Origin: Limnothrix sp. BL-A-16
GTDB taxonomy: Bacteria; Cyanobacteriota; Cyanobacteriia; CACIAM-69d
NCBI GenBank assembly: GCA_041937175.2
Contig: CP166615.1
Coordinates: forward strand, 320,001-384,000
Direction: 5' to 3'
Length of the DNA stretch: 64,000 nucleotides
In this document: positions 32,370-45,125 of the stretch, piece after piece
How positions within the stretch are numbered: position 1 is the first letter of the stretch
Layout: every line of letters begins with the position of its first letter
Notes under the pieces: generated by a model
What the model was told of the DNA's origin: nothing
Seen by the model: only the letters and a program-made list of their open reading frames with translations
Databases searched by the model: none
Translations under genes and position numbers: made by a program

Positions 32370-33418
32370 AGACAAAACCAAATAAGCACAAAGCGACTGG
32401 GCCGCCGCGTGATTGTTGGGGCTTCGGGGTGGGTGGTGACCTCCCGACAGACAGTTGGCAGGTGAGCGATCAACTGGGCGATCGATGGCAATCAACGGAG
32501 ATCGCCATTCGATCGACGAGCAATTGACAGGCAATCAACGGGGAATTGATAGGCATCAATGGGGGATCAACAGGTGATTGACCGGTCGTCAACAGGTCAT
32601 GAACAGGCAATTAACACACAGGCGATTAACAGGCCATTAAGAGGCAGTCAATAGGCAACCCATCGGCAACCCATCGGCAATCAACAGAAGAAATCTGGGC
32701 TATTCATCACCGAGGCAGATCGGATGCCATGCTGTGATCAAAGTGATGGAATAACCAAGATCTTTGGAGGAATATCTTTGCTCAAGGGTATTCATTCAAA
32801 GATATTTGCCCCTTCATGCCTGGTGTTGAACAAGGTCACATTTTAGGTGATGAATGAGAATTGCACCCTTTCATATCTCGCTTGAGGTCTGGATCAAGGG
32901 GCTGGCGGCCGCTGGGCCGACGGTCGATCGAGCCGGTTTGGCTCCGTGGCCCCTGCGATCGGTGCTCGGGCAAGCTAATCAATCAGTGGCTGAGTGGGCG
33001 ATCGGGATTGGGCCATTGCCACGGGATGCGGTTAGGAAGTGGGTTTTGAAGGGGATTGGAAAAGGAATTTTGAAAAAAGCAACAAAATGCCTTTAAAAAA
33101 TGACTGAAGAAAATGACTAGAAAAAATGACCCAAGAGCCGGTCAGCAAAATCACTTGAAAAGTGGTTCTAAAATACTTCAGAAATGGCTAAACAATGCTG
33201 GTGCTTGTCCAAAAGTTCCATGGGAGACTGGGATAGCTTGAGCTAAGAGAGCCTGAACGGGATGGATCGAGATTGACCGATCCCACACCACTTTTACCCG
33301 CACCATTTTCAAAACCTGCCGACCGAGTGATGCGAGCCTTTTTCCATTTTTGGGCTGATGGGGCCGGTTCAACCTTGCTCTCCCAGATCTGGAGAAAGCA
33401 GGGGTTGCAGCGAGCATT

Positions 33419-35425
33419 CTAAGGGGTTTTGTTGAGATCATCTGGCTGCAAAGGTAACAGCACTTGATAGATATTTGTGGCCCGTTCTCGCCCCTTAAGG
33501 GTAACTGGGCCAATGAAGCGGGTGGGAAAGCGGTCGCGCACATGGCGATAGGTTTCTTCTTCAATGAAAATGCGACAAAGCCCCCCATCAAAGGATTTGT
33601 CATAACTTTCCAATCGGGCGGCTATGTTCACCGTGTCCCCAATCACGGTGTATTCCAACCGGCGGACATTGCCAATGCAACCACTCATGACGGGGCCCGA
33701 GGCGATGCCAATCCGGATGGCGGCGGTGGGGCGGCCCCGATCGCGCCACTGTTGGTTTAAGCGCTGGAGCCGTTGACCCATCTCCACGGCACAGGTGACG
33801 GCGGCGATCGCATCGTCCCCCACTTGGTGATCGCGCGACTGGGGAACCGGTACGCCAAACAGGGCCATGATTGCGTCGCCAATGAACTTGTTCACGATGC
33901 CGTTGCGATCGAGCACGCTTTGGGTCATGGACTGCATATATTCATTCAGCCAGGGAAAGATAATTTCCGGTGGGTTGGATTCCGCGATCGACGTGAACCC
34001 CACCAAATCCGCAAACATGACCGTGGCTGGCAAAATTTGCCCAATGAATTCCCCGCGCCGCACAATTTGGTGGCGGCTTTGCCAAATCACCTGGGCCACC
34101 TGCGGTGTAACGTAGCGCTCAAACAGCTCGGTGATGGTTTGTCGATCGCGCCGTTCCTTGGCCGCCAACCCCAATGAGGCCCCAAAGGAACCGCCCACCA
34201 GCCCCAAAACCGGCGGCACGAGGGGAATCCAAACCATCCACTGCAATGCTTGCCAAGCGGCCGCCAGAATGGCCACGATGCCCAAGGCCGTCATGGCAAA
34301 CAGCAGCAACGGTTGGCGCAGGGTCCAGCCCAGCAATGTGCCCCCCACAGTCCAAAGCACAATCCAGCCCATTTCCCAGGAGTCGCTCCAAACCTGAAGG
34401 AGGGGCCAGCCGTCGATCGCCGCCGACAGCAGTTGACTGGCGATCGTGGCATGGATTTCCACGCCGGAGGTGAGTTGTGGGCCCTGGTCTGTGTCGCTGT
34501 AGGGGGTATAGAACCGATCGCCCAGACTTTCCGCCGTGACCCCCACTAACACCAGTCGATCGTAGAGCGCATCCAAGGGCACTCGTCGATTCAACACGTC
34601 ATTGGCGGAATAGATCTGGAACCCGCAATTGAGCTGGCTGTCGGTGGGACAGGCCAAGCCGCGATAGTCCAACAGCAGTTGATAGCCATCATCGATCGCC
34701 CCCACATAGGCCCCGTCATTGCCCTGAAAGGGGGTGATGGTGGCGCGACCCAGTTGATAGATACCCGCTTCTTCATCGAGGGCCTCCAACGTGATCGGGT
34801 TGGGTTGGCGCTCCAGATAGTTCAGCGCCAATTGGGTTCCCAAACCAAAGACCGCTTGATCCTGCTGGTCAGCCAAAGACAAGATGGCCCGCCGGACTTT
34901 GCGATCGGGATCCAGCAGCAAATCCGACGCGGCGATCGCCCCTGGTTTGTCAACCAGGGCCGGTGGCGGCGCGATGCCCTCGCCACTGACCTTGCGGATC
35001 CCCACCAGGCGATCGGACTGGCGCAGCAACTTTTCCAGGCGATCGTTGCCCGGAGGCATGGGAAAATCCCGAACCAAGTCCAGCCCAATCATCCGGGGTT
35101 CATACTCTTCCAGGGTTTCTAGCAAGTCTGCCAACTTTTCATCGGAAAGGGGCCATTGCCGAAACAGTCGCAAGTCCGTTTCCGTCACCACCACTAACGC
35201 CACCCGTTGCTCCAAACGGGCCGGCCGCCACCGCACCAGCAAATCAAACGCGGCCCACTCTGTCCCCTGCATCCAGCCCAACCCCCGCACCGTCACCACC
35301 ACCACCGCCACCAACAGGGCGATCGCTGTCCCATCGCGCCAAGACAACAACACTGACCCGGCCCATAACCGATTCAGGAGGCGAATCCATTTCGTAATGG
35401 TTTTAAGCAAGGGTTGAGCCAACAT
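33419..35425 (-). CDS. CHASE2-domain class III adenylate/guanylate cyclase
   Basis: WPLSD, IGLDLVRD, SGVEIHA (CHASE2), three TM, FADLVGFT, KFIGDAIM, YTVIGDTVNIAARLE. Confidence 0.93.
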   Translation of the reverse strand: MLAQPLLKTITKWIRLLNRLWAGSVLLSWRDGTAIALLVAVVVVTVRGLGWMQGTEWAAFDLLVRWRPARLEQRVALVVVTETDLRLFRQWPLSDEKLADLLETLEEYEPRMIGLDLVRDFPMPPGNDRLEKLLRQSDRLVGIRKVSGEGIAPPPALVDKPGAIAASDLLLDPDRKVRRAILSLADQQDQAVFGLGTQLALNYLERQPNPITLEALDEEAGIYQLGRATITPFQGNDGAYVGAIDDGYQLLLDYRGLACPTDSQLNCGFQIYSANDVLNRRVPLDALYDRLVLVGVTAESLGDRFYTPYSDTDQGPQLTSGVEIHATIASQLLSAAIDGWPLLQVWSDSWEMGWIVLWTVGGTLLGWTLRQPLLLFAMTALGIVAILAAAWQALQWMVWIPLVPPVLGLVGGSFGASLGLAAKERRDRQTITELFERYVTPQVAQVIWQSRHQIVRRGEFIGQILPATVMFADLVGFTSIAESNPPEIIFPWLNEYMQSMTQSVLDRNGIVNKFIGDAIMALFGVPVPQSRDHQVGDDAIAAVTCAVEMGQRLQRLNQQWRDRGRPTAAIRIGIASGPVMSGCIGNVRRLEYTVIGDTVNIAARLESYDKSFDGGLCRIFIEEETYRHVRDRFPTRFIGPVTLKGRERATNIYQVLLPLQPDDLNKTP

Positions 35426-35998
35426 GGAACGCAGGCGACGGTGGGCGTATGGTCATTGAGGATGGCCGGGCCAGTCAGGTGCTAAATCATTGCCTCGTTG
35501 ATCCGCTTAGATCTCCTTGAAGCTTCTCGGATCTCCTCGAATCTCTTTGAATCTCCTTGAATCTCCTTAGATCTACTCAGATCGCTGGATTGCTATGAAT
35601 TGATGATGCTTGAGATCGGGAATTGAGTGAGAGTCGCCGCGATCACCCCCTACCTTAGCCTTGAATCCTCAGAATCGCTGATTCTGGAACATTTGTAGCC
35701 TGCTGGGCTGGAGAATGAGCAAGATCCCCGAATCAGAACAAAGAGGCGTTGCGGGCCAAGGCGGCGGCTGGCTCGTCAAAATTGATACTTGAATTGTCCC
35801 CTCTTCACCCCCTGGCCCCGTCACGATCGGGATCAGGTCGATGTTTGGTTGGCCTCGGGTTAAGGCTTAGCAAATCCCGATCGACCCGTTTCAGGCATTC
35901 TCTAAGGCTTTCGCCCTCTTCCTAACCCTGGACAAGCCTCCCCCAAAGCCGGACAATCTGAGGCGGTCTTTTTGCGATCGCCCGTTCGATCACCCGCC

Positions 35999-36973
35999 AT
36001 GAGTCAAGCATCTACACAACCCAACACCCAACCCAAATTGATCATCCACGGCGGTGCGGGCAGCTCGCTCCAGGGCAAAGGGGGCGTGGCTGCTGTGCGC
36101 GCGCTGCTGTCCGGCATTGTGGAACAGGTCTATCAGCGCCTGTTGGCCGGGGCCAGTGCCCAGGAGGCGGTGGTGCTGGGTTGTCGGTTACTAGAAGATG
36201 AGCCGCGCTTCAATGCGGGTACGGGGTCGGTGTTGCAGTCCGATGGGCAAATTCGCATGAGCGCGTCCCTGATGGATGGCAGCGCCCAACGGTTCAGTGG
36301 CACGATCAATGTGTCTCGAATCCAAAACCCGATCGACCTGGCGGCCTTTTTGCAAACCCAGAGCGATCGGGTGTTGTCGGATGTGGGGTCGGCGGAGTTG
36401 GCGCGAGAACTGGCCCTGCCGATTTATAACCCGCTAACGGATTTGCGGCTGAACGAGTGGATCGAGGAGCGCAAGGACAATTTCAGCAAGCGATCGATGG
36501 CTTCCACGATCGCCGAGGTTGAGGCCGGTGCTCGATCGGACTCGGCGGGCCGCGGCACGATCGGGGTGGTAGCGCTGGATCAACAGGGGCGTGTGGCCGC
36601 TGGCACTTCCACCGGGGGCAAAGGCTTTGAGCGCATTGGCCGGGTCAGCGACTCCGCCACCCCAGCGGGTAACTATGCCACGGCCCGCGCGGGCGTGAGC
36701 TGCACCGGCATTGGCGAGGACATTTTGGACGAATGCTTGGCGGCCAAGATTGTGATCCGGGTGGATGACGGCTTGGGCTTGGCGGCGGCCTTTGAGAAGT
36801 CGATGGCGGAGGCGGCCGGCCGGGGTCGCGATTTGGGGGCGATCGGGCTGGATGCCACCGGGGCGATCGCCTGGGGCAAAACCAGTGAAGTCTTGCTGGC
36901 GGCCTACCACAACGGCACGACATTGGGCGATACGCTGGAGTTGCCCGACGGGTTGCAAGTGGGCAGTTGCTAG
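35999..36973 (+). CDS. iaaA: Isoaspartyl peptidase/L-asparaginase (Ntn hydrolase)
   Basis: IIHGGAG, FNAGTGS, GTIGVVALD, GTSTGG, GRVSDS, SCTGIGE. Confidence 0.92.
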   Translation: MSQASTQPNTQPKLIIHGGAGSSLQGKGGVAAVRALLSGIVEQVYQRLLAGASAQEAVVLGCRLLEDEPRFNAGTGSVLQSDGQIRMSASLMDGSAQRFSGTINVSRIQNPIDLAAFLQTQSDRVLSDVGSAELARELALPIYNPLTDLRLNEWIEERKDNFSKRSMASTIAEVEAGARSDSAGRGTIGVVALDQQGRVAAGTSTGGKGFERIGRVSDSATPAGNYATARAGVSCTGIGEDILDECLAAKIVIRVDDGLGLAAAFEKSMAEAAGRGRDLGAIGLDATGAIAWGKTSEVLLAAYHNGTTLGDTLELPDGLQVGSC

Positions 36974-37043
36974 GGGGCGATCGGCCTTGGGGTGGCTCGC
37001 TGGACCGGTTAAGATTGACTTAGCCAAACCGTGCCGCGCCCCC

Positions 37044-37595
37044 ATGATTGCCGTTCCTAATTACATCAGCCCTGCGGATTATTTAGAACTAGAACAAGCC
37101 AGCCCCCACCGCCACGAATATCGGCAGGGGCTGGTTTATGCGATGGCGGGCGGCACGGATAACCATGATCGAATTGCCCTAAACCTGTTGACCCTCATTA
37201 ATTTGCACTTGGGCAATTCAGATTGTCGGTTTCATTCGGGAAATGTCAAGGTTGCCTACCAAGATCAGTTCTATTACTATCCCGATCTTTTTGTTACCTG
37301 TGACCCGCGCGATCGTATGGATCGACAGGTCAAACGCTATCCCAAACTGATTGGAGAAGTGCTTTCGCCCAGTACCCAATTTTTCGATCGCACCCAAAAG
37401 TTTGAGGACTACCAAAAACTGGATTCGTTAATGGAATATCTGTTAATTGCACAGGATCAACCCCTGGTCAGTTGTTATCGCCGCCAAGCCGATAGTTCTT
37501 GGGCCTTAACGGTTTATCAAACGGGCGATCAAGTGATGTTAACCAGTTTGGATCTGGAGTTTCCAATTAACGCTCTGTATCAAGGATTGGATTAG
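37044..37595 (+). CDS. Uma2 family endonuclease-fold protein
   Basis: RHEY..AMAGG..H, YYPDLFVTCD, EVLSPST..DR..KF..Y. Confidence 0.9.
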   Translation: MIAVPNYISPADYLELEQASPHRHEYRQGLVYAMAGGTDNHDRIALNLLTLINLHLGNSDCRFHSGNVKVAYQDQFYYYPDLFVTCDPRDRMDRQVKRYPKLIGEVLSPSTQFFDRTQKFEDYQKLDSLMEYLLIAQDQPLVSCYRRQADSSWALTVYQTGDQVMLTSLDLEFPINALYQGLD

Positions 37596-37605
37596 CCGCT
37601 CAATA

Positions 37606-39015
37606 TTATTTGCCAATACAAAACCGGCTGAAAATTCGATCGAGCACGGATTCTGTGACCTCTTCGCCAGTGATTTCCCCCAGGGCTTGAATCGCGTCCC
37701 GCAGGTCGATCGTCCAGAAGTCTAGGGGCAATGGTTGGGCCATGGTTTCGCAGACTCGCCCGATCGCCTGCTGGGCCCGTAACAGGGCCGCCGCCTGCCG
37801 CTGATTAATTGCCACATCCAAATCCGCCGCCTGCACCCGGCCCGATCGGGCAATTTGCAAAATCGCCTGCTCCAAATCGTCAATGCCGCGCCCTTCCGCC
37901 GCCGCCGTGTAAACCACCTGGGCAAAATCCTGGGGCAACAGAGACGAAATCGTTTCCGGAGCCACCAGATCAATTTTGTTCACCACCAAAATGGTTGGCG
38001 GCAAGGGCCGATCGGGATTGGTGGCGCGGATTTGTTCATAGATGGCTCGATCGCCCCCCGTCCAGCCCCGGGGTGCTTCGATCACCAACAGCAGCAGGTC
38101 TGCCGATCGGGCTGCGGCCCGCGATCGCTCCACCCCAATTTTTTCCACCAGGTCATCGGTTTCCCGAATTCCCGCCGTATCCAGCACTTGGATCGGGATG
38201 CCGCCCACCACCAGCCGCGATTCCACCACGTCCCGCGTGGTTCCCGGCAACTCCGTGACGATCGCCCGATCGCTCCGGCTCCAGGCATTCAACAGGCTCG
38301 ATTTGCCCGCATTCGGCCGCCCGACGATCGCCACCTTCAACCCGCTACGAAGTAATTCGCCCCGATCGGCCGTGGCCAACCAGCGATCGATCTGGCTGGC
38401 GATGGTTTGCAAGGCCGTCGTAACTGCTGGCAAATCCAGCGGCGGCAAATCATCCTCAAAGTCAATGCGGGCCTCAATTTCCGCCAACCAGTCCATGCAG
38501 CTCGATCGCAAATCGCGGATCGGTCGGGCCAGCTTCCCTTGCACCCCCGCCAAGGCCGCCTGGGCCGCCTGGGGCGACTGGGCCCCCACCAAGTCCGCCA
38601 CGCTTTCCGCCTGGGTCAGGTCAATCCGCCCATTCAAAAACGCCCGCAGGGTAAATTCCCCCGGTTGCCCCAGACGCGCCCCCTGCTGCAAACAGAGCTG
38701 TAGCGTTTGTTGCACCACCATCATTCCCCCGTGGCAGTGGAGTTCCACCACGTCCTCGCGGGTGTAGGTGCGCGGAGCCGCCATCAACAACAGCAGTGCT
38801 TCGTCAACGGTTTCGCCCGTTTGGGGATTGTGCAAATAGCCATACAAAATTCGGTGGCTTTCCCAGGGTTGGGAGCCGGGGGCCCGAAAAATTCGCCGGG
38901 CGATCGCCCAGGCCTCGGGCCCTGACATCCGCACAATGCCAACGCTGCCCTGTTGCGGCACAATCGCCGTGGCGATCGCGGCGATCGTGTCTTGCTTTGT
39001 GGCCGATGCACCCAT
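37606..39015 (-). CDS. mnmE: tRNA modification GTPase MnmE
   Basis: [45 protein letters not shown], terminal FCIGK; exact start uncertain. Confidence 0.96.
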   Translation of the reverse strand: MGASATKQDTIAAIATAIVPQQGSVGIVRMSGPEAWAIARRIFRAPGSQPWESHRILYGYLHNPQTGETVDEALLLLMAAPRTYTREDVVELHCHGGMMVVQQTLQLCLQQGARLGQPGEFTLRAFLNGRIDLTQAESVADLVGAQSPQAAQAALAGVQGKLARPIRDLRSSCMDWLAEIEARIDFEDDLPPLDLPAVTTALQTIASQIDRWLATADRGELLRSGLKVAIVGRPNAGKSSLLNAWSRSDRAIVTELPGTTRDVVESRLVVGGIPIQVLDTAGIRETDDLVEKIGVERSRAAARSADLLLLVIEAPRGWTGGDRAIYEQIRATNPDRPLPPTILVVNKIDLVAPETISSLLPQDFAQVVYTAAAEGRGIDDLEQAILQIARSGRVQAADLDVAINQRQAAALLRAQQAIGRVCETMAQPLPLDFWTIDLRDAIQALGEITGEEVTESVLDRIFSRFCIGK

Positions 39016-39112
39016 AGGTTCGGTCTGTTGCAATCCTCTGCAATGGTTCTGTTTTCAGGAATCAGGGGACTGATCTTGGGCATCGATTAGCCCAAATTAG
39101 CCCATGGGTTTA

Positions 39113-39276
39113 GAGGATGTCTGAGGAGTAACTCGGGATCCTGGCAAAGCACTCGTAGTCCCGGGGGCAAGGGGCTTAAGCCCCTTGTCTTTGTTGATCG
39201 GTGAGACGTTGATCGGTGAATCGACGTTGATCGGTGAGACCTGAAACGTAGCAGTTGGGGCTTGGCAGGCATCCTC
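39113..39276 (+). mobile_element. Family B MITE-like element with internal triplication
   Basis: TTA|GAGGATGTCTGAGGAG...CAGGCATCCTC|TCA; palindrome at 39168; GTTGATCGGTGA three times. Confidence 0.8.
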
Positions 39277-39312
39277 TCAGAAAACTCATTCAGGGGCTGA
39301 ATGATGAAGACA

Positions 39313-39990
39313 TTAACTCTCAGGAGTTGAATTCTCAGGAGTTGAATTCTCAGGAGTTGAATTTGAGGGCGTGGGGATCACTGCTGCCTGTTCCAAAGCT
39401 AGCTTTTGGGTCAATTGGGCCCGCAGGGTTTCGATGCGCTGGCGATTGAGTCCCAAGTCTGATTCTCCCAATCGCGAAGCCGATCGTACCTGAATTTGAT
39501 TCGTTTCTCCATCTAGCAAAAATTCCACATCATCCACAAACCCCAGCAATGGCGTGGCGAATTCCGCGTAGAGATAATCGGGCGATTCAGTAATGATGGT
39601 GGTGCGTTCCGCCGCTTTCACCAACTCGGTCAGGGCCGCAAAAACGTGATCAGCGTCGCCCATCACCGGAAGCGGGGCGATCGTATGTTGCAAATCCGTG
39701 ATTGGGGTTTGGCTGCTGACGCAATTGGGACGGCTAGGGCAGGGGCGAAGCTGACCCGCCACCGGGCCCAAGTTTTCGGGGCGATTGCCCGCAAATAAAT
39801 TGCCAAAAACAGAACCCATGACCGGCCCGGGTGCAGCCCAGGCCGTGGTTGCCGGTAGCCACAGCAGCAGGGCCGCCACCCAAGCCAACCAGCCGGGGGC
39901 GTTACCGTTGCCCGATCGCAGCGAATGGCTTTGGGTTCTGAACTGAGTTTGATCTTGTGGTTTCCCCATCACCCCACCCATAGGTTGCAT
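39313..39990 (-). CDS. DUF1499 family protein
   Basis: CPSRPNCVSSQ, GFVDDVEF, VRSASRLGESDLGLNRQR; C-terminal (NSTPE)x3; start uncertain. Confidence 0.85.
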   Translation of the reverse strand: MQPMGGVMGKPQDQTQFRTQSHSLRSGNGNAPGWLAWVAALLLWLPATTAWAAPGPVMGSVFGNLFAGNRPENLGPVAGQLRPCPSRPNCVSSQTPITDLQHTIAPLPVMGDADHVFAALTELVKAAERTTIITESPDYLYAEFATPLLGFVDDVEFLLDGETNQIQVRSASRLGESDLGLNRQRIETLRAQLTQKLALEQAAVIPTPSNSTPENSTPENSTPES

Positions 39991-40279
39991 CCGCCGTTTG
40001 TTAATTTTGGTTTTTGAATTGAATGACCTGAATTGAATGACCTGAATTGGACGAACTGAGCTAGATCGGCTCAATTTTCAGTCTAGTTGAGCTGAATTTG
40101 GGTCAAGTCAATTGGGCAAATCTTCAGACCAGCACTGTTGCAAAATCAGGGATGCATCTTCACGGAGCCAGCCCGACGCTGCGGAACGGATGCGTTCGAT
40201 CGATTTCCCTGGCCCTAGAGTAACGATTTCCCAAAAAGTTGGCTGGCTGGGTTCAGGGTTTGGGCAAAACCACGAGCGC

Positions 40280-40307
40280 AAAAAAGGGCGCGGTAGCTCC
40301 CACGCCC
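40280..40307 (-). terminator. Intrinsic terminator after rpsF
   Basis: Minus strand GGGCGTGG-GAGCTA-CCGCGCCC-TTTTTT. Confidence 0.75.
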
Positions 40308-40367
40308 TGGCCCTTAAGTTGTCTTGGCTTGAATGGGATTCAAGTCCCGCTCGATCGAGCTGGGGAT

Positions 40368-40706
40368 TTAAGCGGCCGATTCCGCTTCAGCGGCGGCCTT
40401 CACCTTGCGGGGATCGAGCTTAATCGTCAGGTAGCGAATTACGTCTTCGCTGAGGCGCATGGCCTTTTCCATGGGGGCGATGTGGCTGCCGGTGGCGTGC
40501 TCGTAGTTCATTTGGATGTACACGCCTTCGCGGCAACGGTTGATTTCATAGGACAACCGGCGCTTGCCACGGTGTTGGATTTCAAGGCCGGTGGCTCCTT
40601 GCTCCGTCAGCATCGTCCGATATTTGTTGATGTTGGCATCCACGGCCTCTTCGTTGAGGTCGGGGCGCAGGATGTACATCGTTTCGTAGAGGCGATTTGC
40701 AGACAT
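40368..40706 (-). CDS. rpsF: 30S ribosomal protein S6
   Basis: [28 protein letters not shown]. Confidence 0.96.
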   Translation of the reverse strand: MSANRLYETMYILRPDLNEEAVDANINKYRTMLTEQGATGLEIQHRGKRRLSYEINRCREGVYIQMNYEHATGSHIAPMEKAMRLSEDVIRYLTIKLDPRKVKAAAEAESAA

Positions 40707-40879
40707 GGATGGGTAGTTCCTTGCGGACAATAGAATGGTCGATCGGGCTGACTGGGGGGCAATGCTGAGGGCCCCGCTGTTGCCGATCGACAAGGATTCA
40801 CGGGCTGTATATCATACCCCACCGAGGGGCTGCCCGATCGCCCCAATTCTCCCGATCGCCCCGATGCGATGGACAGCGA

Positions 40880-41362
40880 TTAGCGCACCTGCATATGCAC
40901 CGCTTCCGAGAGGCTGGGAATTTCTGCCAAGCGCCCCAAGGCTGATTGGACGATCGAGTAAATGGCCGCCACCACAACCCCCAAGAACACGGTGCTGGCT
41001 AGGGTTTGTACCACAAAGCCCCCGATCGGCTGGAAAACATACTGAATCACCAGCCCACAAAGGGACACCAAAATCGAAATCAGAATCGATTGCATGGTGT
41101 TGAAGCGAATGAAATAGCTGATGTTGCTGTTGCGAACCACCAACAGGAACAGCACCAAAAAGATGATGAAGCTCATGAAGGGAATTTGGTAAAGCTGAAT
41201 CAGGGGCAGCAGCGGCACATACAACACCGTCAAAAACGGCAGTTCCCGGAAGATGGAGCCACCAAAGCCCACCACATCCACCAGCGGCAGGGCATAGACC
41301 AAAGCACCAAACAGGCGATCGCGCCAAGTTGTCGTCGTTCCGCGCCAGTTCACGATCGGCAT
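40880..41362 (-). CDS. Tic20 family (Ycf60-like) membrane protein
   Basis: DRLFGALVYALPL, VVRN..FIRFNTMQSIL, AEIPSLSEAVHMQV. Confidence 0.88.
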   Translation of the reverse strand: MPIVNWRGTTTTWRDRLFGALVYALPLVDVVGFGGSIFRELPFLTVLYVPLLPLIQLYQIPFMSFIIFLVLFLLVVRNSNISYFIRFNTMQSILISILVSLCGLVIQYVFQPIGGFVVQTLASTVFLGVVVAAIYSIVQSALGRLAEIPSLSEAVHMQVR

Positions 41363-41464
41363 CTCCCGAGAGCATTGAATTGATCTATTTTAGACGCTGG
41401 TTTAGGTTGGCTCTTGGGGCGATCGCCGCACCCGATCGCCCCGGATCATCCCCGGCTGGGTCTA

Positions 41465-41628
41465 GGGCTTGTCATCCAATGAAGTTGCTTGACGCTGAAA
41501 TGACTAATTGTCGCAGCTCAACCGCCCTTTGTCGCAGCTCAACCGCCCTAGACAAGGGGCTTAAGCCCCTTGCCCCCCCACGATCTCGTAACGCAAGGAT
41601 CAAGGTTTTAGGGATTTGATGACGGCCC

Positions 41629-41629
<1 letters not shown>
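41465..41629 (-). mobile_element. Family A MITE-like element, close relative of 21999-22141 in inverted orientation
   Basis: TA|GGGCTTGTCATC...GATGACGGCCCC|TA; palindrome at 41553; internal ~21-bp duplication. Confidence 0.85.
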
Positions 41630-42951
<1,322 letters not shown>

Positions 42952-43063
42952 TAAGTCCCTTATCCCTAAAATCTGGGTAGGTTGCTGAACTGAATTTTGG
43001 ATTTAGCTTTGGATGAATGGTTGGATTGAATTGAATTGGGAAAATTGAATTGAACTGGGGAAC

Positions 43064-44257
43064 TTAGCGTGCCGCCCGCACCAGCAGCCCCGTCCCCAAC
43101 GCCCCAACCACCAGCAAAGGCAACCAGGCCGCCACCACTGGAGACAAAAACTCCGTTCGGGCCAAGGCATCCGCCAGGAAAGCCAACAAATAGTAGGCGA
43201 AAATGACCACCACGCTCACACCAAAACTGGTGGCGCGGCCGAGCCGTTGATGGCGACGATTGGCCAGCGCTGAACCCACCAAACCAAAGCCTACGCAAAT
43301 GAAGGGAAATGCGTATTTTTGCTGAATTCGTAGCTCTAGCTTGGTGATTTCTGCTCGCTCACCGCTCTGGCGCAAAATGGCCAAACGTTCTTGCGCTTCA
43401 GCAATGTTCAGCTCATTGGAGAAACGATCGCGCACGGCCAAATCGAGGGGCGTTCGGGGTAGCTGTAACCGTTGTTGTTCAAAACGCAAAATGTCGCGGT
43501 AGGAACCATCGGGAGCTACCAAATAAATGGTGCCGTCCCGAAAATCCCAGGCCCGTTCTTTGGGGTTCCAAACGGCAGATTTGGCGGTGACAATTTGACT
43601 GATGCCCGCTTGGGAGCGATCGATAATCGTCAGGGACAGCATTTGCTTGCCGTCATAGCGTTCGGCATAAAACACACGGCTGAGAATGCTTTTTTTCTCG
43701 CCGTCCGGTTTTTCAACTTCGCTGAATTCCCGATAGAAAATATTTTCTTCGCGGAAAGAGGGTTGGTTATCGTCGGTTCCAAGGGCCCGCTCCAAGATGG
43801 TCGTGGCTTGGTAGTTGGCGGCGGGCACTAATGCTTCGTTAAAAACGAAAGTTAGACCCGTGACAAACAGGCTGAGCACCAAGGCCGGCGCAACAATTCG
43901 ATAAACCCCAATGCCGCAACTGCGCAGGGCCACCAATTCGCTGTCGTTGGACAACCGCCCAAAGGCCATCATGGAGGCCAACAGGGTGGACATGGGGAAA
44001 GACAGCACGATGAAGTAGGGCATTTGCAGCAACATCACCTGCATGGCCAGGTGAATGGGCAATCCTTCTTCTACGACTTTGCGCACGAGGTCAAAAACCG
44101 TGCCTACGGAAACCCCGATCGAGGAGAATGCACCAACCCCAAACAGAAAGGGCATGGCCAATTCCTTGGCCAGGTAACGATCCATCACGCTGATTTGCGG
44201 CAGCCAGTTTTGCCAAGGGGGGGCGGAGGATGGCTGGGGTACGGTGTTGGAGGTCAT
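43064..44257 (-). CDS. LptF/LptG family permease
   Basis: MDRYL, GRLSNDSELVALRSCG; 3+3 TM with periplasmic domain; follows lptB. Confidence 0.92.
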   Translation of the reverse strand: MTSNTVPQPSSAPPWQNWLPQISVMDRYLAKELAMPFLFGVGAFSSIGVSVGTVFDLVRKVVEEGLPIHLAMQVMLLQMPYFIVLSFPMSTLLASMMAFGRLSNDSELVALRSCGIGVYRIVAPALVLSLFVTGLTFVFNEALVPAANYQATTILERALGTDDNQPSFREENIFYREFSEVEKPDGEKKSILSRVFYAERYDGKQMLSLTIIDRSQAGISQIVTAKSAVWNPKERAWDFRDGTIYLVAPDGSYRDILRFEQQRLQLPRTPLDLAVRDRFSNELNIAEAQERLAILRQSGERAEITKLELRIQQKYAFPFICVGFGLVGSALANRRHQRLGRATSFGVSVVVIFAYYLLAFLADALARTEFLSPVVAAWLPLLVVGALGTGLLVRAAR

Positions 44258-44338
44258 AGGGTGTCTGGTCGGGAATAGCGGCTGAGGGGCCCGCGAGAAG
44301 GCGAGGGTTGGAGTGGGGGCTGAGGCAGGAGCGGAACG

Positions 44339-45067
44339 TTAGGGCTGAAATTTGTCACCCAAGTAATATTGCCGCACCAAGGGGTTGCCATACAGCTCGG
44401 TGGCGTTTCCGGAGGCGAGGATCTGGCCTTCCCGCAAAATATAGGCGCGATCGACAATTTCCAGGGTTTCCCGCACATTGTGATCGGTAATCAGGATCCC
44501 CATGCCCCGATCGCGCAGGCCGGCCACGATGCGTTGAATTTCGGCTACCGCGATCGGGTCAATACCCGCAAAGGGTTCATCCAGCAACAGGAACTGGGGC
44601 CCCTCCAATCCCACGGCCAAGGCGCGGGCAATTTCCGTTCGGCGGCGCTCACCCCCGGAAACCTGAATGCCCGGCGTGTGGGCCACTTTCTCCAGCCCAA
44701 AATCTTGCACCAACTGCTGGAGACGACGCTCCTGCATCTCTCGGGGAAGCTTGGCTTGCTGCAACACCAGGCGCAAGTTATCCGCCACACTCAGGTGGCG
44801 AAACACGCTCGGTTCTTGGGCCAGGTAGCCAATGCCGAGGCGGGCCCGTTGGTGAATGGGTTGTTCGGTAATGTCTTGGTCATCAAGCCACACATGGCCG
44901 CTGTCGGGCCGTTCCAACCCTGTGGCCATATAAAAAACGGTGGTTTTGCCAGCGCCGTTTGGCCCCAACAGCCCAACCACCTCCCCCCGTTCCACCGTGA
45001 GGCTAACGCGGTTGACAATTAGACGCTCACCGTAGGCTTTCTGGACGTTTTCAAGAACAATCTTCAA
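44339..45067 (-). CDS. lptB: LPS export ABC ATPase
   Basis: GPNGAGKTT, GIGYLAQE, VSGGERRR, LLDEPFAGIDP, ITDHNVRETL; TTG start inferred. Confidence 0.95.
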   Translation of the reverse strand: MKIVLENVQKAYGERLIVNRVSLTVERGEVVGLLGPNGAGKTTVFYMATGLERPDSGHVWLDDQDITEQPIHQRARLGIGYLAQEPSVFRHLSVADNLRLVLQQAKLPREMQERRLQQLVQDFGLEKVAHTPGIQVSGGERRRTEIARALAVGLEGPQFLLLDEPFAGIDPIAVAEIQRIVAGLRDRGMGILITDHNVRETLEIVDRAYILREGQILASGNATELYGNPLVRQYYLGDKFQP

Positions 45068-45125
45068 CGGTGTACCCCCACGAAAGGATGCAAGCCGGCC
45101 AGCGGCGATCGAACAGCGGTAAATT

